64,000 nucleotides of DNA from Octopus vulgaris (GCA_951406725.2 OX597827.1:71052001-71116000); one strand, 5' to 3'. Counted from the stretch's first letter, positions 13,463-28,016 are shown. Translations and numbers: made by a program. Notes: a model not told the origin generated them from the letters alone.

Positions 13463-14809
13463 CATATATATGTGTGTATAAATATGTGCATTATTTGCAT
13501 GTGCATTGTGTATATGTATATTGTATGTATGTGTATTGTATATGTATGTGTACAATTATGTGTATATGTGTGTGTATGTGTGCATTGTATATATGTATAT
13601 TGTAGGTGTGTTATATATGCATGAATACATGTATATACATTGCATGTATATATGTATGCATTGTGTATGTGTATGTTATGTGTGTGTGTATATATATATG
13701 TTATATGTATGCGTACGTGTATATGTATACATTGTATGTATGTATATTGTGTGTATATGTGGTATATTTATGTATGTGTATGTAAACACTATTTATATGT
13801 ATATATGTATATATGTATATGCATTGTCTATATATATATATTATATGTATGTATTGTGCATGTATATTGTATGTATATATTGTGTATGTGTATTATATAT
13901 ATGCTGTGTATGTGTATTGTATGTATATATGTGCTAGGTGTATTTGTGTTATATTTATATTATGTATGTATGTATTTGTGCATGTGTTGTGTGTGTGTGT
14001 TGTGTGTGTGTGTGTGTTATATATGTGTGTGTATTATATATAAATACATGTTATATCTGTATGCTGTGTGTGTATATTATATATGTGTGTGCGTTGTGTA
14101 TGTGTGTGTTCTGTATGTGTGTGTGTTGTGTGTGCGTGTTGTGTGTTTGTATATTATGTGTGTGTGTGTGTGTGTGTTGTGTGTGTGTATGTGTGTGACA
14201 AACAGACGCCGTCTGACCAGATACTACGGGCACACAGACACATCTATTCACACACACGCAGAGAGACACACATACTCACCTCATGATAACCCCAAAATCA
14301 TTGATGCTTGAAGGGAAGCCATAAACAGAACAAAACGGGTACATTTCTCTCAATTCAACATTTCTGCTAAAACAAACAGGTCAGTAAAAACAAACTCTCG
14401 CCTTCAATTCATAATATTCTGTACGGACCCTGAGATGTATAATATATTCATTTAAATTTTTTCTGTCAATTTTTCAAATATTCTCACCATACTATTGCAC
14501 TTCCTTATGTCTTTAACATGTCCTTTTTACCAAAGACTCTATATATATACATGTAATGTGACAATTTGCAACAACCAATAATTAACGCAACCAAATTTCC
14601 AATAATATATTTGTTTTATTCTTTTCTGCCAATTTTTCCAAATATTCTCATCACACTGTTGAACTTCTTTATGCCCTTAACATATCCCTGTTTCCAAACA
14701 CTATATTTATACATGTAATGTGACAATTATGTAAAAAAACTTTTTTGAATACATAATATTCAATGTGGCAATTATGAAAAAAACTTTTTTGAATTCATAA
14801 TATTCTATG

Positions 14810-14854
14810 TTACTTTTGACAATCTTTTTCCAAAGAGTGAAACCGGTTAAGTAA
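14810..14854 (+). ncRNA. Minimal type-I hammerhead-like motif with U3:A8 core in the Penelope 3' end (mirror copy 9201-9245 on -)
   Basis: TTACTT-TTGACAA-TCTTT(TTCC)AAAGA-gt-GAAA-CCGG-TT-AAGTAA, followed by AATAAA. Confidence 0.6.
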
Positions 14855-14893
14855 ATAAACATCTTTTAAATTGCATTTTCAAACCTTCTTTCG

Positions 14894-14940
<47 letters not shown>

Positions 14941-14946
<6 letters not shown>

Positions 14947-15285
14947 AGGTTTGGAGATGATGTACAGGTATTATATATTAGAAGAAATGAGGTAATCAGA
15001 AGATCGGATGGTTCATATTTATAGATATTTATTTATATATTACATTTTTTACATATATATATAATATCATTCAGATCATATCATTCAGATTATTAGCGCT
15101 TTCTCCCATTCTAGTGGGGTTTTCAAAAATTAATGAAACGTTTAATTTGATTTGAAAACCCCACTAGAACGGGAGAAAGCGCTAGTAATCTGAATGATAT
15201 GATCTAATGATGGTAAAAATGTCGAAATAAATATCTATAAATATGAACCATCCGATCTTCTGATTCCTCATTCTTCTAATATATA
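14941..15285. mobile_element. Small foldback, probable inverted pLTR of a second Penelope-like family
   Basis: Arms about 14972-15127 and 15150-15285; ~31-nt unpaired tail; (TA)n flanks; TTGAAAA-cccc..ggga-GAAA-GCGC-TA motif in each arm. Confidence 0.65.
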
Positions 15286-15494
15286 TATATATATATATTC
15301 AACAACAATTAGGCGGCTATTGAGGCCGTTAGTAGTAATTCTTGGCGGTTTGAGTCAATTGTTCGAATGGCTATTGAGCCGTTCCTCAATTGTTGTTGAA
15401 TTTATATATATAGTCTCTGACTATTTTCTCATTCTCACTAGGCCGCTGGTGGCGAAAAAATTTCTATTGAATTTTTTGCTACCCTATATTGATT

Positions 15495-15578
<84 letters not shown>

Positions 15579-15751
15579 ATATTCCATAATTATATGCATA
15601 ATTATAATCAGGGGTCCATTAAGTGCCTCGCCACGTACTGAATTAGAAATAGATGCTAGTGTCTTTTCAACTACCATAAAAATCTCCTAGACAATAACAC
15701 ACTTTTTTTATGTAGACAAGAAAAATGATGAATCCACACGACTTCGATTAA

Positions 15752-15810
15752 CGACAGACGCGTTTCGAATTTAAAGTAAATTATATTTACCTATTATTCT
15801 CCTCAGTGCG
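15752..15810 (-). ncRNA. Minimal hammerhead ribozyme motif with canonical core
   Basis: Minus strand cgca-CTGAGGA-GAAT..ATTC-GAAA-CGCG-TC-tgtcg; stem I imperfect. Confidence 0.6.
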
Positions 15811-16018
15811 ATACTCCGAGTTATAAATTTGCGAGTGTTAGGATTAAATATGTACGCGATGAAGCGTCATCGCATAACTAATATTCAACCGCACTTCCCA
15901 AAATATACAGCCGAATATGATACATATCTATCCTTTATACCCACGTGTGTGTTACGACCTATCCCACAGAAAAACTGCAGTTTCGATCATGGAGTAAATT
16001 ATAATTTTAATAATATAA

Positions 16019-17444
16019 TTTTAGTCATTAAAAATGAAAGTCCGATTTTCTTATGCACCAAGTTTGACAGTGGTGAAAGAGTACAGCAGGGATCACCACC
16101 ATCCCCTGCCGGAGCCTCGTGGAGTTTTAGGTGTTTTCGCTCAATAAACACTCACAACGCCCGGTCTGGGAATCGAAACCGCGATCCTATGACCGCGAGT
16201 CCGCTGCCCTAACCACTGAATATAATAATGATATGTAATGTTTTATCCTGACAATTCTTTGTTTTACAACATTGCAGTGTTATATCTTCACTTTTCGAAC
16301 TGCTATTCATGCAGTCTGACTATATTGTGAGTTTTCTCTTGTAAATCAATTTTTATGAACTCATGGATAGATCATCAAAAATTCCCGTTGTTTATGAATA
16401 TGGGTTCTGTCGTGAAAATAATGCATCCCAGACGGCTCAAATCATCAATGAGGTGCTTGGTGAAGATGTGGCGAATGAGTGCACTATACGTCGATGGTTT
16501 GAGAAGTTCCAGTCTGGTGACTTTACTCTCGAAAATCAACCCGTGGTAGACCTGAGACTAAGTTGGATAATGATGAGCTGGAAACTGTAGTGGAAGCGGA
16601 TACATTTCAAACAACGCGTGAGGTAGTTTGATGTTTCAATTCCAAATGTATTGGCCCATCTGTAACAAATCGGAGATACAGAAGCTGGACAAGTGGGCAC
16701 CACACGAACTGAACGAACATCAAATGACACGTCGTCTTGAAAGTTGCTGTTCTTTGCTGTTACGGCATAAAAACGAATCAATTTTGCATCGTATTGTTAT
16801 GTGTGATGAAAAATAGATTCTTTTCAACAATAGCAAGCGTTCTGCACGGTGGTTGGATAGACTAAGTGCCAAAACACAATCCAAAGAAGAATATTCATCA
16901 AAAAAAGCTGATGGTGTCTGCTTGGTGGTCCAGTGCTGGTGTCATCCACTACAGCTTCATGAGACCTTATAAGTCAATTACAGTGGATGTCTACATCAAC
17001 CATTGGATGAAATTATGAGTGAACTTACAATTAAACAACCGAGATTGGTCAACAGAGACAGGCCAATTCTCTTGCAAGACAATACTTGACCACATGTTGC
17101 ACAAAGAACTTTACTCAAGTTACAGGAACTGACCTTGGAAGTACTCTATCATCCACCATACTCAGCAGACTTTGCACCAACTGACTATCTCATTTTCCAG
17201 GCATTAAATGACTTTTTGCAAGGAAAAAATCTAAAAAAAAAGATGCAAAAACAGCCTTTCGTGATGTCATCACCTCTTGCCCTCCAGAAGTCTTCACTGC
17301 TGGCATAAATAAGCTACTAATAAAATGGCAAAATTGTGTTGATAATTTAGGTGCATACTTTGATTAACTGCATTGCTTTTTGTTGAGATAAAGTAAAATA
17401 AACTTTCAGTTCAAAAATCGGAGATTTCATTCTTAATGACCTGA
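16019..17444 (+). mobile_element. Decayed mariner element (transposase pseudogene) with SINE C fragment about 16065-16220 (-)
   Basis: Imperfect TIRs ttagtcattaaaaatgaaagtccgatttt / aaaatcggagatttcattcttaatgacctga-TA; TIRRWFEKF, KWAPHEL, IVMCDEK*, HPPYSADFAPTDY. Confidence 0.9.
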
Positions 17445-17456
17445 TACATATTGATA

Positions 17457-19089
17457 TTAGGTTGTCTGGAAAGTTCTGAACGTTTTTTAATATGCAAAAA
17501 GGGATTAAAATAGACCTTTCGATAAATTTTTTTCAATGAAATAATTTCCGTTATTATTAATGATCAGGCAATTTAAATATTCCATCAGCATAAAATTTGA
17601 CTGGTTTTGATGGGAAAATGTTATCTAGATGCATTTTGACTCCGTCGTGTTTTTCCTTGCAAAAAATGTTTTTCCTTGCAATGTGTTCTATACAGACAAA
17701 AACAACTGGTAGTCGGATGGCGCAATATCAGGATAATATGGTGAATGTGGTAAGAGATCCCAGCCAAGTTCGTGTAATTTTGTTCGGGTATCCAAAAACA
17801 CATGTGGTCGGGCATTGTCTTGTTGGAACACTACTCCTTTCCTGTTAGCAATCTCCGGCCTCGATTCTTTGCTTTTTTGGTTCAAATTAGCCATCTGACG
17901 ACAGTACACATGAGAATTAATGGTCTGGTTTTGTGGGAGAAGCTCATAATGAATAATGCCTTTATGATCCCACCAAACACAAAGCATAGCTTTCTTTTGG
18001 CGTGGATATTCGTCTTTGGTTGCTGTTTTGGGGGATCCTTACACAAACTCCATGATCTTTTTCGTACTAGGTTTTCGTACACAATCCATTTTCCATCTCC
18101 AATCACAAGTTGTTTAAAAGAAAAGGTATGCTTTCATTCCGTTTCACAAACGGAATACCGGTCCAAACAGTATTTTCTGGGTGTTTGTGAGGAATCCATA
18201 CATTATAGCTTCATTAGGTGTTTATGAGCAGTACTTTTAGAACTTCCGACTCCTCTGCAAGTTCTCTAGTCGTGATATTTGAATTTTCTTCGGTTTTTTG
18301 CCTTCGAAACATATTCATCCAATTTTGGAGGTCTTCCACTGCAACTGTCATTTTCCAAGCTAAACTCTCGAGCTTTAAAGTTTGCAAACCACCTTCGAAC
18401 AGTTGATTCATCTACAGTATCATCAACATAAATTTCACAAATGTTTTTACAAGTCTTTGCCGTATTTTCTCCTTTTTTACGATGCAAATATGAAATTTTT
18501 GGTTATCCATTTCAAGTGCCAATAAAGGGTAATCAAAATCTCTCTATATATATAAAGCTGAAGCTGTCTGTGTATGGCAGGTTTGGTAGCTTTCAACTAA
18601 CACTATCTCCTCTGAGACCCTGCGGTGCAAGTTGACCAAAATTGAGAGTATGATAGAAGAAAACTTGCTCTTCCTTCAGTAGAAGAAAAAATTCAAATCG
18701 GACCATGTTAACACCAAAAATTATTTACATCAAAAAGGTGCTTTTTTTTTCTATGAAAATCCCTATTTTTTTACGATTTTTTGACTGCTGTGTTGCCATT
18801 TTTCGGTGTATTTCAACCAGAAAAATGTTCACTTAAAGAGAATAACAAGCTACATAATGCAAAATTTTTACTTTTCAAAAATTCCAATTCTAAAGGGTCG
18901 AAGAGAAAACAAACCCGAGCAACGCTGGGCGATACTGCTAGTGAAATATAAATCTATTTTTAGTTAAGAACAAAGTACAGATGCACTACCACTTCAAGCA
19001 ACGCTAAACTTTGTTTATGCCTCAGGTGTGTTTAATGAAGCGTTAAAAGATTCAGCTTTAAAACGCTCAAAACATTACGGACAACCTAA
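17457..19089 (-). mobile_element. Second decayed mariner element, interrupted by a non-autonomous Helitron
   Basis: TA-ttaggttgtc..aacgtttt / aaaacg..ggacaacctaa-TA; TVRRWFANF, LCVWWDHKGIIHYELL, QQDNARPH, HSPYYPDIAPSDY. Confidence 0.9.
18539..18941 (+). mobile_element. Non-autonomous Helitron
   Basis: A|TC 5' end; 3' hairpin cccgagcaacgctggg followed by CTAG|T; no TSD. Same family on the minus strand at about 43829-44194. Confidence 0.85.
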
Positions 19090-19335
19090 TATGTGTGTGT
19101 GTATTCGTCCCTGTGACTGCTTGAAAATTGGTGTTGGCGTGTTTACGTCCCTGTAACTTAGTCGTTTGGCAAATGAGACTAATAGAATAAGTAGCAGGCT
19201 TTTTACAAAATTTAATTAGTACTGGGTTCGATTCACTCGACTAAAATTCCTCAAGACAGTGCCCCAAGATGGCCGCGGTATAATAAGTGAAACAAGTAAA
19301 ACATAAAAGACACACACATACACACACACACACAC

Positions 19336-19397
<62 letters not shown>

Positions 19398-19429
19398 TAT
19401 ATATATATATATATACATACATATATACA

Positions 19430-19507
<78 letters not shown>

Positions 19508-20169
19508 GCTTACGTAACAGGATGGCGGTGCATAAATCACAAATTAGAAACCCTGAATACCGGAAAATATGGGTCAGACCCGATTCTGATTGGTCAAAAC
19601 ATTGATGACGTCTCGTTCTGCTGGACTAGCCACCTAACAGGATGATTGGTTTGGAACTATACGACGTCAGTGAAAAGTTCAAGTGACCACAGCTAAGCTG
19701 AGCTGATATAAACCCAACAATCACAAAATTCACCAAAATTGTACGAACAGACACCAACCAAAAATCATTACTGTTGCTCCCATTGGAACACAAGGTAAAA
19801 TCTAAAATGAACTCCTCGCTTTTTCAAGAACATGAATTTTTTATATTTGATTCTATTGAATGTATGTCACAATTATGAACTACTACATCATACTCTTTAA
19901 ACATATAGCATGGACTCCCTTTATTATATATGAATTTTTTATATTTGACTCTATTGAATATTATATATATGAATTTTTATATTTGACTCTATTGAATATA
20001 TGTCACAATTATGAACTATTACATCATACTCTTTAAACATATAGCATGAACTCTCTTTATTATATATAATTTTTTTTTGATAAGGTTCGTCATTTCAAGA
20101 ACCGAAACATGTTAAAAAATAAAAATTAAAATTTGTCTAATATAGCAGCATTTTCAAACTTCATTTTTT

Positions 20170-20173
<4 letters not shown>
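19508..20173 (+). mobile_element. Non-coding pLTR-like element between (TA)n tracts, with CCAAT/CRE/TATA-like motifs, an internal tandem duplication and a hammerhead-like motif
   Basis: gattggt twice, tgacgtc, gatataa; duplicated segment about 19830-20065; HHR-like motif at 20072-20118 followed by AATAAA. Confidence 0.6.
20072..20118 (+). ncRNA. Minimal hammerhead-like motif with U3:A8 core
   Basis: TTTTT-TTGATAA-GGTTC(gtcatttcaa)GAACC-GAAA-CATG-TT-AAAAA. Confidence 0.65.
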
Positions 20174-20235
<62 letters not shown>

Positions 20236-20597
20236 GAGTGGGTGTATGTATGTATTATGTATACTTGGATATGTGAGTGCATGTGCGTATTTGTGTGAGT
20301 GTGTGTTTGTGTTTGTGTTTGTGTATGTACGTGCGAGTGTGTATGTTTGTGTTTCTTCGTTTTTATATCGTGTGATTGTGAAAGAGCATCACCGTCGTAC
20401 AAGCAGTGTCGTTCATTTCCCAATATTTCTGTGAAAGCCAGCCTGGCCATGGAGAAATAATATTACCTTGCTTGGGAACGGATGAGGACTGGCGACAGGG
20501 AGAACATCTGGCCGAATTAAATTCGCCTCAAATAAACCCTTTCTGACCCCCATGCAAACATGGGAAAGTGGATGTTGAATGACGATGATGTGTGCGC

Positions 20598-20671
<74 letters not shown>

Positions 20672-21305
20672 AAGCTATAGCGTTGGGTATGGTATAGAAA
20701 TGTATGGTAATGTAGTGCGTGGTATAGCTCTATATGAACATGCACGCTGTTGCACTGTATATAGTGTGAAATAAGCATAACCACGGGATTGCACCTAGAA
20801 GGTCACCCTTCGTGGGACAAGTTCGGACAAGTTTGTTTATGAAAACCAGCAGTCACCCGTGTATACCACCCTCCCGTCTCCACGCTGTTATATGTAGCAA
20901 GGGTAAAGAGTAAAGATCCTCTTCAGTCGTGAATGACCACGGGATTGAACCTAGAAAGTTACCCTCCGCGGCACAAATCCGGGCAACGTTGTTTACGGAA
21001 GACCAGCAATCGCCTGTTCATACCAGCCTCTTCGCTCCATGCCGCCGATGTTATCCAAGGTAAAGGCAAGAGCCGATACAGCTTGAAAACCTTTCCGCAG
21101 GTAAATGGACTGGAAAAACATGAAATAACGTGTCTTGCTCCAGAATACAATACACAACCCGGTCCGAGAATCGAACTCACTATCTCATGGCTTTGAGCCC
21201 GACGCTCTAACCACTGAACCATGCGCCTTCACAGTACTGTATGGTAGTATGGTATATGCCTGTGTGATATAATATGCTGCAATGCAGACTAAGGAAACGT
21301 CTTAC

Positions 21306-21442
21306 CGTCTACGTCATGGCAGATTCCCGCGTATGAGATGTGCATCGAATCGTTTTGATAGAGCAAATTGAGGAACATGTCCTGCTCCTCGTCGGATTTA
21401 CTAATGCCTCGGGTCAGACAATTCACATACTTCGGGTAGGAC
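21306..21442 (-). CDS. Host gene coding exon 3 (SYPKYVNCLTRGISKSDEEQDMFLNLLYQNDSMHISYAGICHDVD)
   Basis: Acceptor atcatttcag|; donor G|gtaaga; 137 nt; phase 2 to 1; open frame. Confidence 0.85.
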
Positions 21443-21705
21443 CTGAAATGATACGTGTTATATATATATATATTTTACAATTTCAACAAACGCAGAGAAA
21501 TGGAGGAATCTTTAGCGTGGAGGGGGAAATCTTAGACACATCTCTTCTGGCGCTTTAGGTTCTAAGTTCAAATCGCATCGACGTTGTTTTCCCTTTTCAT
21601 TGTTGCGAGGTCGATAGAAAAAATACCAGTCACTTACTATGGTCAATGTAATCGACTGGTCCCCTCCTAAAATTACATGCATTGTGCCTGCCTCCAGTAG
21701 AAGGG

Positions 21706-22183
21706 ATTTTTAGTTTGCGTTTGACTTTTGCTTTGCATTTGTACAAGTTGTCTCCAAGTCTCACCCAGAGACCTCAAGAGACAACAAGTTGGAAGTTCAT
21801 GTTGGTGTTATGCCTAGGGTGCCATATATTTGGTTTTGTACATAGTGTTGTTCTAGAGAATGTTTAAGAAACCATAAGAAAATTATGTTTGTTTTAAAAT
21901 CTGAGATTACATAGACAGTATTTTACGTAGGATATGGGCAGTTCCCATGAGCACTATCTTTTGAATTTCTGCCATTTGGGGTTTCCTGGTATCTGAGCTA
22001 GGTAGCAATCAGCCCCTTTTGCTATCATTCCTAGAACACCTAGAACAACAGGTATTGTTTTAATCTTCTGGTTCCACATTTTACTAATTTCTATTTCGAG
22101 ATCTTTATACTTGCTCAGTTTTTGGTAGGTCTTGACAGATACGTTTATATAGATTGGAGGAGGAATGGTTTTCTGAAGTCTTT
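21706..22183 (-). mobile_element. Dong/R4-clade (RLE endonuclease) LINE 3' fragment abutting (ATT)n
   Basis: KLSKYKDLEIEISKMW..TIPVVLGVLGMIAK..; 3'UTR shared with 27722-27975 and 31752-32110. Confidence 0.8.
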
Positions 22184-22185
22184 CA

Positions 22186-22300
<115 letters not shown>

Positions 22301-22549
22301 GGGTGACCGTCTGCCAAGCAAATGGGAAGCAGTAATTGAAGTAGATGGTGAATATGCCCCGGAATAATTCTTTAAAGATGTTTTTGTTACATGTTATTAT
22401 TGTTTTTGCTGAATAAAATTTGTTGAAAAAAAAAAGCCGCAATAATTATGCACCAACTCAATACTATAGCCTCGGGCTGACCAAAGCCCGTGAATGGATT
22501 TGGTAGAGGGAAATCGAAAAAGGCCGTCGCGCGCGCGCGCGTGTGTGTG

Positions 22550-22602
<53 letters not shown>

Positions 22603-22614
22603 CGCTGAAAATTA

Positions 22615-22872
22615 TTGGGTTGGTGCATAATTATTGCAGCTTTTTTTTCAACAAATTTTATTCAATAAAAACAATAATAATATTTAACAAAGACATCTTT
22701 CAATAACGGTCTGACCGTCTGCCCAGCAAATGAGGAGCAGTAATTGAAGTAGATGGTGAATATGCTCCGGAATAATTCTTTAAAGATGTTTTTGTTACAT
22801 GTTGTTAATGTTTTCTCTTAATAAAATTTGTTGACAAAAAAAAAAAAGCCGCAATAATTATGCACCAGCCTG
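22615..22872 (+). mobile_element. mariner-derived MITE (partial second copy 22304-22461)
   Basis: TA-ttgggttggtgcataattattgc / gcaataattatgcacca; retains the RLPSK(W)EAVIEVDGEYAPE* C-terminus. Confidence 0.75.
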
Positions 22873-23761
22873 TTAATATAAACGTCTGCGAGTGAACTGA
22901 TTTTTGCAGCTCCTGAACAAAGTAGCCTTTGCGCCCGTAAATGCACTGAACATAAAATTGGGCCCTTGATAACAACATAACCAAGGATGTTCTGACTCAC
23001 CTAATGCGAGGCCGTGTGGTTACAAAGCTCACATTGTAACAAAGTGGTTTTGAGTTCAGTTCCACTGCTCGGTAACTTGAGCAGTTGCCTTATAGTATAG
23101 CTCCAGGACTACCAATACCCGGAAACTGTGTAGAAGCCTGTAATATGTGGTGTGTGTCTGTCTGTGTGTGCGTGTGAATGTGTATCTGTCTGTGTGTGCG
23201 TGTGCATGTGTATCTGTCTGTGTGTGCGGTCTGTTTATATATGCGTGTGCGCGTGTGTCTGTCTCTGTGTGTGCGTGTGCGCGTGTCCGTTTGTGTATGC
23301 GTGTGCGAGTGTGTGCGTGCGTGCGCGTGTGTCTGTTTGTGTGTGCGTATGTGTCTGTCTGCGGCTGCATGTGTGTGTGCGTCTGTCTGTGTCTGCGTGT
23401 GTGCGTGCGTCTGTCTGCGTGCGTCTGCGTGTGTGTCTGTCTGTTGGTGCGTGTACGTGTGTGTCTGTCTGTTGGTGCGTGTGTGTTTTTTGTGCTCATG
23501 TGTGCCGCTCCCCCACTGCTTGACAACTGGTGTTGGTTTGATTACGTCCCTGTAACTTAGCGGTTTCGACAACAGAACCGATAGAATAATTATAGACTAC
23601 AAAACAGAAAACAAAAATAAATAAATAAGTCCTAAGGGCTATTTGTTCGACTAAACCCTTTAAGGTGGTGCCCCAACATGACCGCTGTACATCGATTAAA
23701 AAAACTTTAAAATTTTTTTTTTTAAATAGAAAATATAAAAAAGTAAAAATCAACAACCAAC

Positions 23762-23903
23762 CCGCAGAAGATCTTAAATTGTTGCATGCCATAGGTATTG
23801 AGGGACAAGACCGCATCATTTGGGCTTTTGCCCATGACTTTGTAGTAACAGATCTGGACAATACTTGGGCTATATACTGCATCGCCGGCAGAGGGTGTCA
23901 CGC
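23762..23903 (-). CDS. Host gene coding exon 2 (VTPSAGDAVYSPSIVQICYYKVMGKSPNDAVLSLNTYGMQQFKIFC)
   Basis: Polypyrimidine acceptor ttctttgtttctttactccag|; donor GG|gttggt; 142 nt; phase 1 to 2; open frame. Confidence 0.8.
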
Positions 23904-23975
23904 CTGGAGTAAAGAAACAAAGAATTATTAATATACAAGCTTTAATAAAAGCGATGAGCTTCAGAATAGTTAGGA

Positions 23976-24523
23976 CTAGCAGCATAGCCCGGCGTTGCCC
24001 GGGTATGTAAGAGCCCCTAGTAGGCAACGACTAATCCCAATCTAGTCCTTTCCCTCTAGGGAACGAAGGCGCATGTGTAGGTTCAATGTCTTCTGTGTAT
24101 ACGATATTCCTAGCTGTTCCTTTGGGCGAAAAAACGATTTCCCAAAATGGCATGATTTTATCGATTTTTTCTGATGGTAAGGTATTGCATGGAAAACTAA
24201 CGTCAGAATTAAGTTTCTTAGGGTAACATTAAGCTTCACCATGAGTTTGGTGAAAATCGATTGCAAGTTGCGAAAACTACAACAGAAAACGTGTTGCATA
24301 TAAAAAGCTGAGATTCTTGACCCCCATGTCAAATTTATCGATTTTTTTCAAAACTTAGGGAACTGTTCAAAATTTTCACTGCGTTAGTTTTGAATTATGA
24401 CATTGGGCTATGTGTGTGTTTAGTTTCATCAGAATCGGTTGAAAGCCGTGGTCAGGGTGAGGGTACAACCTGACAGACACACAGACACACAGACAGACAA
24501 ACTGCCGTTTATATAGAGAGAGA
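23976..24523 (-). mobile_element. Non-autonomous Helitron (second family)
   Basis: Minus-strand TC start; hairpin cccgggcaacgccggg followed by CTAG; A|T insertion site. Confidence 0.85.
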
Positions 24524-24730
24524 TGTCAGATAAAATTCTTAGCGGCATTCCTTCTGGCGTATTGTGTTCTGAGTTCACATTTTATTGCGGTCGACTTTGC
24601 TTTTCGTTCTTTCGGGGGGGGGGGGCGATAAAACCGAGTGCCAGTCAAGAACTGGGGTCGATATAATCAACTTGCCCGTCACTTCTAAATTGCTTGTCTT
24701 CAACCAAAATTAGAAAAAAAAAATATATAT

Positions 24731-25132
24731 AGGTGCATGGGTGGGTGTGTGGTAAGTAGCTTGCTTATCAACCACAGATTCCGGGTTCAGTCCCACTGCG
24801 TGGCACCTTGGGCAAATACCTTCTACTATAGCTTCGGGCCGACCAAAGCTTGTGAGTGGATTTGGTAGACGGAAACTGAAAGAAGCCCGTCGTATATATG
24901 TATGTGTGTGTGTGTTTATTTGTCTGTGTTTGTCCCCCCCCCCCCCAACATCGCTTGACCACCGATGCTGGTGTGTTTACGTCCCCGTAACTTAGCGATT
25001 CGGCAAAAGAGACCGATAGAATAAATACTAGGCTTACAAAGAATAAGTCCCGGGGTCGATTTGCTCGACTGAAAGCGGTGCTCCAGCATGGCCGCAGTCA
25101 AATGACTGAAACAAGTAAAAGAGTAAAAGAGT
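24731..25132 (+). mobile_element. SINE family A. Other copies: 31037-31432+, 35098-35502+, 41809-42231-, 46371-46757+, 47466-47850-, 50141-50548-, 61916-62370-, plus fragments
   Basis: Same head, CORE-like block, central (TA)/(TG) tract and tail as 5683-6636. Confidence 0.88.
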
Positions 25133-25362
25133 ATATATATATTCATTTAAAATTTTGCCACGTGGCCAACAATTTCGGGGTCGTGTTAATTCGATGACAT
25201 CGATCCGAGTGTTCAAAGTGGTACTTATTTCATCGACCCCGCAATGGTAAATGGTAAAGTCAACCTCGGCGGAATTTGAACTCAGAGCTTAGCCATGGGC
25301 GAAATACCGCTAAGCATTTCGTCCGGCGCGCTAGCGGTTCTGCCAGCTCGACGCCTTCCTGG

Positions 25363-27975
<2,613 letters not shown>

Positions 27976-28016
27976 ATAATAATAATAATAATAATTAGAA
28001 TAATAAGAATAATAAT

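Larger units (their letters stand above)
9119..14896. mobile_element. Penelope-like retroelement (Neptune-type), two 5'-truncated copies head-to-head forming a ~5.7-kb palindrome inserted in (TA)n
   Basis: Arms 9159-11957 and 12089-14896 are near-perfect reverse complements; 131-bp spacer; 40-nt unpaired tail 9119-9158; (TA)n on both flanks. Confidence 0.92.
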
